In this document: positions 38,965 through 50,900 of the stretch, one piece after another
Numbering within the stretch: the first letter of the stretch is position 1
Layout of the letters: the number at the start of each line of letters is the position of its first letter
Origin: Phycisphaerae bacterium
GTDB lineage: Bacteria > Planctomycetota > Phycisphaerae > UBA1845
Direction of reading: 5' to 3'
Assembly: GCA_963666835.2 (NCBI GenBank)
Contig: CAXXGO010000006.1
Coordinates: 1,504,001 to 1,568,000 of the forward strand
DNA: 64,000 nt
Notes under the pieces: model-generated
Database searches by the model: none
What the model was told of the DNA's origin: nothing
What the model saw: only the letters and a program-made list of their open reading frames with translations
Made by a program: the position numbers and the translations under genes

Positions 38965-41900
38965 TTACGGACACGTACTCGGCACGGTCTCGCCGGTCCA
39001 TCCATCGAACTCGTGAGCACCGTTGAACAGATCGATCAGCCGCAGAATATCCTCGGCGTTCGTCGCTCCGCTACGATTGATGTCGGTTTGCCACGTATCG
39101 CACGTTCCGGAGTTCAGACATCCGACCAACGCCGTGAGGTCCGCCGCGTTGACGACCTTGTTCCCGTCGACGTCGCCCGGCAGGAAGAAGAAGCTTCCGG
39201 TCTGCGACCCCCCAGCCATAGGCTGGTAGGTGATCTCGATCATCTCACCGGCCGGGACGGGGTCATTCAGCACGATTGCGTACGAACCGCCGAGGTCGAC
39301 GATGCTATCGATGCTGTTGGCACCGCCGCCGGTCTGGCAGATCGACCAGCAATCCGTTCCCAAGCTCGGGGCGGTGACCTCGAAGGTATCCCAACCCTGC
39401 GCCGTCGCTGCGTTCATGAGCGGATGCGGCTGACGGGCGTCGACCGCTCCGTCCGTCGGATCGACCCAGGTCACCACGCCGTCCCCACACTCACACGTGT
39501 CGGGAATGCCGTTCGTGTTGGTGTCGGGGCTGCAGTTGTGTGTGCAGAAGCCGTGTCCGGCGTTGCACGGGCTGTGAGTCACGCACACTTCCACGGACTC
39601 GCACGTTTGACCAGTGGGACAATCGCTACTGGTGGTGCAATACTTGCCGGTACCCGAGCAGGTCTTGCAATTGACGTCGTAGCTACACCTATGCCCCGTG
39701 CGGGTGTCGCCGCGCATGCACTCCTTACAGATCACCTCCGGATCGATCGTGATCTGACATTCGTCCGGAATGCCGTTGCCGTCACAGTCTTCCGACACGA
39801 TCCCGTCACCATCCGGATCGCTCGGATTAACGTCGCACTCGTCCGGGTTGCCGTTGAAGTTGCAGTCTTCAGAACGCCCGTCGGCGATATCGAAGAGGTC
39901 CGGCAGGAGGTTGTTGTTGCAGTCGTCCGGCACACAGGCGATCGTAAGGTCGCCCGCCGGCTCCGTGCCATACTCTCCACCGATGCGGATCTTACATATA
40001 TCACCGAGCATTACCGGTGCGACAACCGAAGAGGCCGGAGCGCAATCGCTGTCGCAGGTTGCCGGCTCACAGTCGTCATCCTTGATGCAGTGGACGGCCA
40101 CGGTCTCATTACCATCCACAGTCCATCCGCAGCTCGGCCAGTATGCTTCGCATTCGGCGCCGTAATCGCAATCGTCCTTTCCATTCGGGCAATAGGTAAC
40201 CGATCCTTCGGTGCAACGCATCTCGAAGACCGCGGTATCGCAACTCTCCGATTCGTTACCGTCACAGTAACCCGCCGTGCACTGTGCATCGGTAAAGCAG
40301 GCTCCACCCGAAACGCTGCACTCGGCCTGCAACCGCAGATCGCACGTAGACGAGCCCGGGCAATCATCGTCGCTGCTGCAGAGGATTCCCAAACCGGTAC
40401 AGCCGAGGACGCAATCGTCCGCGTCCTCGCACGCCTGGCCACCGATCGAGCACGTCTTGTTCAATTCAGACTCGTCATTCATGGCCGATGCGACGGCGTC
40501 AGGCGGGCAATTCTCCTCACCGAAGGGAGCGCAGTAAACCGCAAGCGTCGTGCCGGGATCCTCGTCCGCCGGCGTCAGGCCGCAAGTCCGCACATCCAGG
40601 TTCCCGATGCAGCTTGCGGCATGCTCGAACCAGATGTCGTTCATCATCGCCGGCATGTCGTCCTCGCCCGGACAGTCAAGATCCGCGTACTGGAGGCTGA
40701 ACGACGTTGTGCCTGCTGACACACTCTGTGCGAGTTCACACAGGCTGCCACTCGGCGGGAGCGACGAGTGCGGACAAGGCGACTCCACTTTTAAAACGAA
40801 CTCGCCTTTGGCATCCTCGCCGGCCAACGTGCTGCCTGCGAGGAGAATATAATAGGTTTTCCCATAGGAAAGACCGGTCACGCAGATGTCCGACATGGTT
40901 CCTTCGCTACCGCAGCCTGGGGTATCATCGTCGCACCCGATGATCTCCAAAGACTCGCACGCCGCCTGCGGACTCGAATCGTCCCCGGCCTCGTAAATCT
41001 GAAGCAGGGAATCCTGCTTGAATGAGGCCGTACTGCACGTGTTGATCCTGGCGCTGCTGTGAACGGCCGTGAACTTGTACCAGATATTGCCGACCCCCAG
41101 ATTGTCCAACCCGGCCTTATTGCAGCAGAAGCCCGGATCGTCCGCATAGGTCTTGGCGCCGCTGTTGTTCGCGACCGCCAATCCCTCGCAGGATTCCGAA
41201 ATCTGTGTACACGCTTCTTCGGTATCCTCATCCAGGATCTCGATTTCAACGGCGCCCACATCTTCATCCTCCGGATCCCAACAGACGTCGTTAAGTGGCG
41301 GATATAGGCACTCCAGATCGGCCATACTGTTCGCCCGGCTGGCGCACCCTCTATCCCATCCGCCGTCGAGCGCGTTGCAGCAATACGGGTCTATACCACA
41401 AACCGCGTTGCAGCAACGCAGGTTTCCGCAACCGGCCCGCATCAGGCAGCGAGGCAACTGACCCGGCGCCGTGTAGCACATTCGTCCATCCGGGCAATCG
41501 GAATCGCCGTTGGGGCAGAAGATGAAATCTGCCGGTCCGTCCATGCAGTCGCCCTCGGCATCGTAGCACTGGAAGATCATGCACTCATCGTCCGGATCCG
41601 TGCCACAGAACGTCCCGGGTGCCCAATGCCCGCGGCTCAGGTCGCATTCACCCGGCACCACATCACCCACGCACGTTCCCGCGGTTTCGCCCGGCTCATT
41701 GCAGTCTGCATCAGTCATACAATCCTGCTGTTCCTTGGAACCACCCACGCACTCTCCGAGAATGCCGCATGTGCGGGAACCCGGGCAGTCGTCGTCGGTT
41801 GTGCACAAGACGGGGTCGTAGTTCGGGGCTCGCAGAGCATGGCAATCATCGTATGTAAGATCGTTGCAGCTACCGTTCGGCATGCAACACTGGTGCGTTC

Positions 41901-43449
41901 CGCAGGGCGGGTCGAACTTGTTTTCCGCACAGGTGGCATCCATGATCCAACGGGCCGACGGGCAGCCGATGACGGGAACATCGTCCCGGCAAATCGGATC
42001 GCGGCCGGGCTGCTCCGGCTGGTCCGGACAGCAGGCTCCGGTCGGAGCGTCACCGCGGCAATAGACCGCGATGTGGGCAATACCGGGAACGCCGGACCCG
42101 GGACGCACTAGTTCCCAGGGACCGGGATTCTCAGGATCGGTAACGTCCTGCATGCCGAGCCACACATCGCTGTTTCCGGCTTGGTTGCGCCCGACAATCG
42201 GTACCGCTACGTTACCCATGTTCGGCAACCAGTTGATATAGAACGGCTGGTCGTTCGTGTTGAGGAAGTGCCCCTCATCATACAGGAATCGGGCTACTGA
42301 CAGACTTCCCTCACCGCGCCCCTCGTAGACTTGGTGCATATCCTGGACATCGTCGCGTTCCGGCCAGGCGAGGTCGACGTCCAGGGTGAAGTCGCCGGCA
42401 TTGCCGATTACCCCGATCTCAACCGCGCTGATCTCGCACGAGATCGGCTGGGGAGTGCCCGATACGCCCGCGGAGCTCACAATCAGCTCGATATCGTCGG
42501 ACAGCAGAGTATGCGTGGGGTCCGGCGCCATCCAGAACTCGCCGCTATTCGACACCGCCCGGTAAGCCAGAAAGTGCGTCGGGCAGTAGTCGGGATCCTC
42601 GTCATCGAGAGTCCCGGGTACGGAAACCTGCGACCAGAAGCTGGAGTGCGGGAAGCGCGGATAACCACCGAGCCACGAGGTGCAGGGAGCGTACACGTGA
42701 TGGTACGAGTCCGCAGAATAACCCAATTCCGCCGCGTTTCCGGCAATCACGCCGGCCGTGTTGCTGTCGAAGCGATACTGCAGCCAGATCGTCGGGGGCA
42801 ACTGGGGCAGATTCTGCTCACAGATCGACGAGTCCGAGCAGTTCTGGTGTGAAACCAGGCACTCCGTCCCATTGGCGCAAATGCCGATGTCGCGGAAATC
42901 GACTTCGAGCTCGTGAGTCTCTTCGATGTTGTCCTCAAGGCTGTCGAACGTGAACTCGGTGCCCGCACCGAAGAGGTTCACGGCGTTGCGAAGACCCGGG
43001 CACCGATCCCAGACACTGACGGAGACGGAGAACTCATCGTCCCCGTCCTCAACTCCGCCGTTGACCCGGAATATGATGCGTTTCACACCGCACTCTGACA
43101 CCGCATCGGAACCGATATCGTCCGCGATCGGGATTCCGGTACCGGGGGCATATAGAAAGTCCCCGTAGGTGTTGCTGTATACTAACTTCTCGTCGGGATC
43201 ATCATCCCGCGTGGACGCGATCCCCGAGGATCCGTCGGCGTAGTGCCGAATCACCCTGGTGGTCTCCGGCAGTGGAGTAAGCGTACCTCTGACCCGGCCG
43301 CTTGCCCCGGCGTCTGCCATCAGGGCAGGAGCCGCCCCGGCAGTTACGCAAACTTGGTTTGGAACCGGATCCGCCGCATGAGCCCCTACCATCACAGCAG
43401 CGAAGACGCACACCGTTAAGCTGCACGTCCAAAGCATTCTTCTTCGCAT
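38965..43449 (-). CDS. Large (~1,490 aa) secreted Cys-rich protein with Ca-binding DCNxNGxPDEC repeats and C-terminal dockerin-like domain
   Basis: GAGG RBS; signal peptide MRRRMLWTCSL...AHA; many CxxDxDC repeats; GDVDGNKVVNAADL and DINRSGATNAEDIL. Confidence 0.85.
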   Translation of the reverse strand: MRRRMLWTCSLTVCVFAAVMVGAHAADPVPNQVCVTAGAAPALMADAGASGRVRGTLTPLPETTRVIRHYADGSSGIASTRDDDPDEKLVYSNTYGDFLYAPGTGIPIADDIGSDAVSECGVKRIIFRVNGGVEDGDDEFSVSVSVWDRCPGLRNAVNLFGAGTEFTFDSLEDNIEETHELEVDFRDIGICANGTECLVSHQNCSDSSICEQNLPQLPPTIWLQYRFDSNTAGVIAGNAAELGYSADSYHHVYAPCTSWLGGYPRFPHSSFWSQVSVPGTLDDEDPDYCPTHFLAYRAVSNSGEFWMAPDPTHTLLSDDIELIVSSAGVSGTPQPISCEISAVEIGVIGNAGDFTLDVDLAWPERDDVQDMHQVYEGRGEGSLSVARFLYDEGHFLNTNDQPFYINWLPNMGNVAVPIVGRNQAGNSDVWLGMQDVTDPENPGPWELVRPGSGVPGIAHIAVYCRGDAPTGACCPDQPEQPGRDPICRDDVPVIGCPSARWIMDATCAENKFDPPCGTHQCCMPNGSCNDLTYDDCHALRAPNYDPVLCTTDDDCPGSRTCGILGECVGGSKEQQDCMTDADCNEPGETAGTCVGDVVPGECDLSRGHWAPGTFCGTDPDDECMIFQCYDAEGDCMDGPADFIFCPNGDSDCPDGRMCYTAPGQLPRCLMRAGCGNLRCCNAVCGIDPYCCNALDGGWDRGCASRANSMADLECLYPPLNDVCWDPEDEDVGAVEIEILDEDTEEACTQISESCEGLAVANNSGAKTYADDPGFCCNKAGLDNLGVGNIWYKFTAVHSSARINTCSTASFKQDSLLQIYEAGDDSSPQAACESLEIIGCDDDTPGCGSEGTMSDICVTGLSYGKTYYILLAGSTLAGEDAKGEFVLKVESPCPHSSLPPSGSLCELAQSVSAGTTSFSLQYADLDCPGEDDMPAMMNDIWFEHAASCIGNLDVRTCGLTPADEDPGTTLAVYCAPFGEENCPPDAVASAMNDESELNKTCSIGGQACEDADDCVLGCTGLGILCSSDDDCPGSSTCDLRLQAECSVSGGACFTDAQCTAGYCDGNESESCDTAVFEMRCTEGSVTYCPNGKDDCDYGAECEAYWPSCGWTVDGNETVAVHCIKDDDCEPATCDSDCAPASSVVAPVMLGDICKIRIGGEYGTEPAGDLTIACVPDDCNNNLLPDLFDIADGRSEDCNFNGNPDECDVNPSDPDGDGIVSEDCDGNGIPDECQITIDPEVICKECMRGDTRTGHRCSYDVNCKTCSGTGKYCTTSSDCPTGQTCESVEVCVTHSPCNAGHGFCTHNCSPDTNTNGIPDTCECGDGVVTWVDPTDGAVDARQPHPLMNAATAQGWDTFEVTAPSLGTDCWSICQTGGGANSIDSIVDLGGSYAIVLNDPVPAGEMIEITYQPMAGGSQTGSFFFLPGDVDGNKVVNAADLTALVGCLNSGTCDTWQTDINRSGATNAEDILRLIDLFNGAHEFDGWTGETVPSTCP

Positions 43450-44399
43450 CGTGTCCACCTCTGTTCCTCTGAATAACCCAACGCGAACTAGACAGCCCCA
43501 GCCCAGGCCCACCACCGAGCCGAATCCCAGAAACTACTCTGGATTACCTCACCTGGAGCCCCGCACGAGCCGCGCAATAACCAGCCCGCGCTTCGCAAAC
43601 CCCCTCAGTTTGCAATGCCCGACATCCCGTCGGACCTTGCATGAAATTACCCCACAATCCGACCCGCAATCTGCCGCACAACGACAGCATTACGTCCGAA
43701 AACGAACATTCCTCTTTCCCTGACGCCCGGGTATATAAACCCAGGCCACGGCCATAGTACCGATGAGGCCGCAAACAAACAAGACCTTATAGGCAAAACG
43801 GGGGAAATTTAAGTCCCCGCTTCGTGATAATGGGTGCTCTACGTCGTCCTGCTACCCTTGTCTTTCGGTCGGGACCGGCAAAATCCGCTCGATAACCTCC
43901 GCGAGAGCCAGCGGACACAATCGGGCGGGGCGGCCAACAGCCGACGACGCTCGGCAAACCTAAGTCGGCACGCTGGAGCAACCATCAACCCCATAAAGGC
44001 CCGTGCCACCGGCTGCAAAGGCCCCCAGCCCCTGCGAGAACCGGATTATCACACCTGATATTAGGCCTGCCCGTTCGGGGCAGTAAAGCCGAAAAACCGC
44101 CCTCGCCGACATTCCGTTGTCAGTGTACTAATGCAATAGGAGGGCGAGGTCTGCACGGTTGAGAACCGGACTTCCGGTGAAAGGAGTCAGCCGAGAGTCC
44201 CTCACGAGGATGCCGCCGAAAGTACACCTTCGCCCCAACGCACAACACGATCACCCCGCCAATCGCCCAACCTGCCCGAAAACAGGTATTTGCGAACGAT
44301 CGGCACACGTTGATAGGCGCACTTCGACCCATCACGGTCGACGATCGCAGCGCGCCACATCATCTATTGATCGGCGAGCTACGATCATCTCCGTAACAC

Positions 44400-44474
44400 T
44401 CGGGGCGACTGGATTTGAACCAGCGACCTCAGCGTCCCGAACGCTGCGCTCTAGCCAAGCTGAGCTACGCCCCG
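44400..44474 (-). tRNA. tRNA-Pro (anticodon CGG), CCA not encoded
   Basis: Reverse complement CGGGGCGTAGCTCAGCTTGGCTAGAGCGCAGCGTT-CGG-GACGCTGAGGTCGCTGGTTCAAATCCAGTCGCCCCGA folds as a cloverleaf. Confidence 0.97.
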
Positions 44475-44962
44475 CAGGATACGCCGGTACTCTAATGGAG
44501 ATGACCCGCGACGTCAATCGGGCCGCAGATTAGGCGCGGTCTTGCCCGATAACCGGCCGGCCGAGGGTCGGCGGGCGGGAAACTGAGAGCGTAAATCCGG
44601 TTGCCTTCATCCCTGGTCGGTGGGGCGGTTATCGCTTGTCGCTTGACGCTGCTCCGAGCCCGCCGGGGCGTAGTCGGGTCGGACTCGTTGCGAATGCCCG
44701 GCAGGACAGTGCTTCTTGCGTGGCACTTTCTGGAAAACAACCCAAGGGAAACCCCGCGATCCCGGTGTACTGACGCATCAAACTGGTCTGAGTAATTCAA
44801 TATCGGCCGACACAATCCGATAAGCACGTCATCGATATGGGGCAAACGGAGCCCCTCGGTCACGGATTACGCTTCCGTTCGCAACGGCAGTGGTGTTCGC
44901 ACATTTCGTGAAACTGACGAGAAGAGAACGTTACATTTTCGAGAAGAAGGACGGTGACGAGT

Positions 44963-47900
44963 ATGCCCAGGTCAATCAAGTTCGTTAGTGCCGTAGTTGT
45001 GTCGCTTGGATTCGCATGCGCTACTCCCCAAGCTCTTGCTACGGATGTCTCCAGCAGCACGACCATGAGCGCTATTCAAGCGAGCGTGACCAGCGACGGG
45101 ATCATCGCCTTCACGGCCGATGCGACGCTGACCATGAACCAAAACGGTACCGGAGTCGCGTCGATCACGGTCGCCACCGGCGTCGCTGCGACGATCGACT
45201 TCGGATCGAGCAGCAACAACTACAAACTCATCTTCAAGAACGACGCCGGTGCCATTACCTTGTCCGGCACCGGCACGCTGACTATTGCCGGTACCGACAC
45301 CGGCAGCGGATTCGACTTCTCGACGACCGCCGCCAGTAAGACGCTGACCCTGACCTCTTCAACGTCCGGGACCTTCAGCACGGCCGTTGCCTCCAACCGC
45401 TTCATTCTGGGTAATGGCAATACTCTGAAGATCGCATCCGGCGGTACCCCGGTGATCTACTCGGTCGTAACCGGGGGAACCACGACGATCGACGTCGACG
45501 CCGATGTCACTTTCACCGCCTTGACCAACGCCGGGGCAACGGCAACGACCATTGACATCGCCGACGGTGTAACCGCAACGGTTACCACGCCCACGCTGTC
45601 GACGGCGGTTACCCTCAACGGAGCCGATACCGACTCGGTGCTGGCGTTTACCAACGCCGGAACACTCACCGGGACGATTACCGCCACGGGTTCGGCGGAG
45701 TTGCAGGTCGGCGGAGCCAGCACGATAACGTCAATCGACCATAACGCCACGGCGCTGGTTCTGGACATCAACGAGAGCGCGACCATTACGACCCTGGACA
45801 ACGCCGGAGGTACGGCCACCACCGTCGATATCGCGGCCGGCAAGACTCTCACGGTCACCACCGCCACGCTTTCACATGCGTGGACCCTCAATGGAGGCGA
45901 TACCGACTCGGTCATGGCCTTAACCAACGCCGGGACGCTCACCGGAACCCTGACGGCCACCGGGTCGGCGGAACTCGAAGTGAACGGGGCGAGTACGTTT
46001 ACCTCAATCGATCACAACGCCACGGCGCTGACTTTTGACATCAACAATGACGTCACCATGACCGCGCTGGATAATGCGGGGGCGAGTGCGACCACCATCG
46101 ACATCGCCGACGGTAAGACGCTCACGGTCACTACCGGCACGCTGACCACGGCGGTCACCGTTAACGGGGCGGACACGGACTCGGTGCTCAAGTTCACCAA
46201 TGCCGGCACGCTCACCGGGACGATTACGACGACCGGGTCCGCCGAGATCGAAGTCGACGGCGCGAGCACGATCAGCTCGATCGATAACAACGCCACCGCC
46301 CTGGTGCTCGACATCGATAATGATGTGACCATAACAGCCCTGGACAACGCCGGGGCGACCGCCACGACCATCGACCTCGTGGCGAGCAAGACTCTGACCG
46401 TTACCACGCCGACTCTGAGCACGGCGGTAACGGTAAACGGGGCGGCCGCGGATTCGGTGCTCAAGTTCACCAACGCCGGAACGCTTACCGGGACGATTAC
46501 GGTTACCGGGTCCGCCGAGATCGAAGTCGACGGAGCGAGCACATTCACGTCGATCGATCACAATGCCACTGCCTTGACGCTAGACATCGACAACGACGTG
46601 ACCATTACCGCGCTGGACAACGCCGGGGCTTCGGCGACAACGATCGATATTGCCTCAGCCAAGACCCTGACGGTAACCACGCCGACGCTGAGCACGGCGG
46701 TGACGGTCAACGGAGCGGCCACGAGTTCGGTCCTGGCGTTTACGAACGCCGGAACGCTCACCGGGACCATTACGGCTACGGGTTCGGCGGAAATCGAGGT
46801 CGGGGGAGCGAGCACGATCAGCTCGATCGATCACAACGCTACGGCGCTGGTTCTGGACATCAATGAGAGCGCGACGATTACGGCCTTGGACAACGCGGGA
46901 GGCAGCGCCACCACCGTCGATATTGCCGACGGCAAGACTCTCACCGTTACCACCGCCACTCTCTCGGCGGCGTGGACCCTCAACGGAGCCGATACGGATT
47001 CGGTTATGGCGCTGACCAACGCCGGGACTCTTACCGGAACTCTGACCGCCACCGGGTCGGCGGAACTCGAAGTAAACGGAGCGAGCACCTTCACCTCGAT
47101 CGATCACAATGCCACGGCGCTGACTCTGGACATCAATAACGATGTCACCATGACCGCCCTGGACAATGCCGGAGCCACCGCCACCACGATCGATATTGCG
47201 GACGGTAAGACCCTCACGGTTACAACCGGAACGCTGAGCACCGCGTTCACCCTGAACGGGGCCGACACGGATTCCGTGCTCAACTTCACCAACGCCGGTA
47301 CGCTTACCGGGACCATCACCACCACGGGATCCGCGGAGATCGAGGTCAACGGAGCGAGCACGATCAGCTCGATCGACAACAACGCCACCGCCCTGGTGCT
47401 CGACATCGACAACGATGTGACGATCACGGCGCTCGACAACGCCGGGGCGACGGCCACGACCCTCGATCTCGTGGCGAGCAAGACCCTTACCGTCACCACA
47501 CCGACTCTGAGCACGGCGGTGACGTTCAACGGGGCGGCAACGGATTCGGTACTCAAGTTTACCAATGCAGGGACCCTTACCGGGACCATAACGGTTACCG
47601 GCTCCGGCGAAATCGAAGTCGACGGCGCTAGTACGTTCACCGCAATCGACAGCAATGCCACAGCGTTGACTCTCGACATCGACAATGACGTGACTATCAC
47701 GTCGCTGGACAATGCCGGAGCGTCGGCCACGACCATCGACATCATCACCGGCAAGACCCTTACCGTAACCACGCCGACTCTGAGCACGGCATTCACGGTA
47801 AACGGGGCGGCCGCGACTTCGGTTCTGGCGTTTACCAATGCCGGAACCTTGACCGGGACCATGACGGTCACCGGTTCCGCCGAGGTTGAGGTCAACGGCG

Positions 47901-50900
47901 CAAGTACGTTCACCTCGATCGATCACAATGCCACGGCATTGACTTTCGACATCAACGAGAGTGCAACGTTCACCGCGCTGGACAACGCCGGGGCTACGGC
48001 CACAACCATCGACGTCGCCGACGGCAAGACCCTTACGGTCGCCACCCCGACGCTCTCCACCGCGTGGACTCTCAACGGGGCCGCCGATGACTCGGTGATT
48101 GCGTTCAGCAATGCCGGAACCCTTACCGGGACGATTACGGTTACGGGCTCGGCGAAGATGCGGATCGGCGGAGCGAGCACGATCACCTCGATCGATCACA
48201 ACGCCACGGTTTTGACCATCGATGCCGACGAGACCGCGACCATAACCGCGCTGGACAACGCCGGGGCTACGGCGACCGCCATCGACATTGCCGACGGCGA
48301 GACTCTGACGATCACCACCCCGACCCTTTCCACGGCCTGGACCTTGACCGGAGCGGACACCGATTCCGTTCTGGTCTTCACCAATGCCGGAACGTTGACC
48401 GGCACGGTAACGGTCACGGGATCGGTGGAGTTGGAGCTTGACGCCGCCAGCACGGTTTCGTCAATCGACAACAACGCCACATCGTTCACCGTGGACGTCG
48501 ACGAGAGTCTGACCATCACGGCGCTGGACGGTACCGGAGCGGCCGGGACGACAATCGATGTCGCGTCCGGAAAGACGCTTTCCGGGACGATGACCATCGG
48601 TACGTCTACACTTGTCTTGACGGGCACCGGCACGATCGCTCGAGTCGACGCTACGACCGGAACGGTGTCGGACGACGGCGGCTCAACGATCAGCGATCTG
48701 CGGGCGCTACCCGGCGCCGGCAACACGTTCACCTTCACCGGGACCGGGAATTCCACCATCACGACGTTGGCCAACGCTCTTACCGGAGCAGGTAACGTCT
48801 TCAACAAGAACGGTACCGGTCAGGTCACCATAACTTCCGGGTTGACCACCCTCTTCGACAACGCTGCCGGGGTGTTGATCGATATCGACGGCGGGACCGT
48901 AGTCGTAGGTGCCGCCGGCACGAACGACGACATCACGTTCGACGATGACGCCGATGAGATCACGGTCGCCAGCGGCGGGACTCTGACGACCTACGGTTCG
49001 TTTACCGTCGGGGCCGCCGGGACCAACGTGAACCTGGATGCGGCCGCGGGCTCGACCGTCAACCTCAGCTCGACCGGCGGGGCGGAGACCATCACGGCCG
49101 CGGCGAATGACGACTTCCACCTGCTGGGGACCGTGAACATCAACGGTTCCGATGGTGACTACACCTTGGCAGGCGGAGCGTTCATGTTCCAGCTCAACGA
49201 CGTAAACGTCAACACCACCGGTTCCTTGATCATGACGGCGGATACGGCGAAGATCGACTTCTCGCCGTCCGCAACCGTCACTTTGACGGGTAGCGCGACT
49301 CTGACTCTCGGCGCCGCGGCCAACGGTAACGAGGTCGTACTTGATACCATCGGTGATACCGGCACGTTCACCATAGATCGCGGCGAATCCGGAGTGATTA
49401 CTTTCAATCACATTAGCCTGACTCGAGCGACCTACACCAGTTCCACCGGTTGCCCGGCGGAGGCCGACTCGATCACCCTGACCAATATCGACTTCGTCTC
49501 CGACAACACCAACTGGGAGGGCGCCTGCCCGAGGCCGAACGGTGGCGGCGGAGGCGGTGGCGGCGGCACCACCGAGGACGATACTGAGGACAGTACCGAC
49601 GATACCGCGGACGACACAACCGACGATACTACGGATGACACTGCTGACGACACCGTCGACGATACGGCTGACGATACGACGGACGAAGCCGACGTGGTCG
49701 GCGATGACGGTACCGCCGAAGTCGGCAACGAGGAGGTTGACGTAGTTGTTGATGGCGTGGACGAAGGTACGGAAGTGACCCTCGAAACCACGGACGGCGA
49801 GACGACCCTCAACATCGGCGAGGATCTGACCGTAACCGTGGACGGGTTGGATGAAGGTGCCGAGATCGACGTTGCTATCGACGACAACGGCGATCAAGCC
49901 CTGGTCTTCACGAACGCCGACGGAACGGAAGCGCTGGCTCTGGAGGTCGAGGGACTTGGAGTCGGTTCTGACATCGACGTGTCCGTCGACGCAGAAGGCA
50001 ACCAGACCGTGACGCTGACCGACGCCGACGGGAATGCGGCTTTGGCCCTGGAGGTGGACGGGCTCGGAGCCGGAGCGGGGATCATCGTCTCCGTCGACGA
50101 GGCCGGTGACCAATTCGTCGTTCTTACGGATGCGAGCGGGAACGAGGCTCTGTCGCTCGAGGTCGGCGGCTTGGCTAATGCCGGCACGATCGACGTTTCG
50201 GTTGACGATGAGGGTGACCAGACCGTGGTTCTCACGGACGCGGCGGGAATGTCGGTCACGCTCGATCTGAACTCCCTGCCTGACGAGGCGGTTGTCTTCG
50301 CCGGAACCGACGACGAAGGCAACATTCTGGTTGACGTTGCCGACCCATCCGACGAACGGGCCGGAGTCGCCATCATGGCTCCCGCCGGCACCGGGGATGC
50401 GACGTTCGTCGTTACGTACGATGAGGAACCGGAATCGACCCCGGCGGGCAGAGTAGTACCTCTGATACCGGGTCTGAAAGACGAGCTCGCCTATGGCGGG
50501 ACCGTGACAGTTGCAGCGAGTGGATTGGCGTCAGGCGCCGTGGTTACCGTAGCGCTGAGCTACGACGATGAGGACGTCACCGAAATCGATGAGTCCGAAC
50601 TGAGACTCCATCGGTTCAGCAACGCCGACGGTAAGTACGTTCCGGCCGGCGCCAATGACGTCGGAGCCGTCGAAGCGACGGGCGTACTGGACGACTACGG
50701 CGTCGACGTCGACGCGAACGAGGCTTGGGTAGAGACTCAGACTCTGGGGAGTTTCGCCATCGGGATACCCGAGGATGAGACGCTCCCCCTCGTCATTGAC
50801 GACGGGACCCGAAGCGGTTGTGCAAGCGGCGGAGGCATGTGTGGCGCGTTCGGTATGCTCTGCCTGCCCATGACCGCACTTACCCTGCTGAGTATGCGAC

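Noticed and set aside
44400..44474. tRNA-Pro as an island integration site
   Set aside because: No integrase and no duplicate of the tRNA 3' end were seen in the window
44838..44895. c-di-GMP-I riboswitch upstream of the giant surface protein (GGGCAAAC...CGCAA)
   Set aside because: It lacks the GNRA-capped P2 stem and the GACGCAAAGC-type continuation; the similarity is too weak
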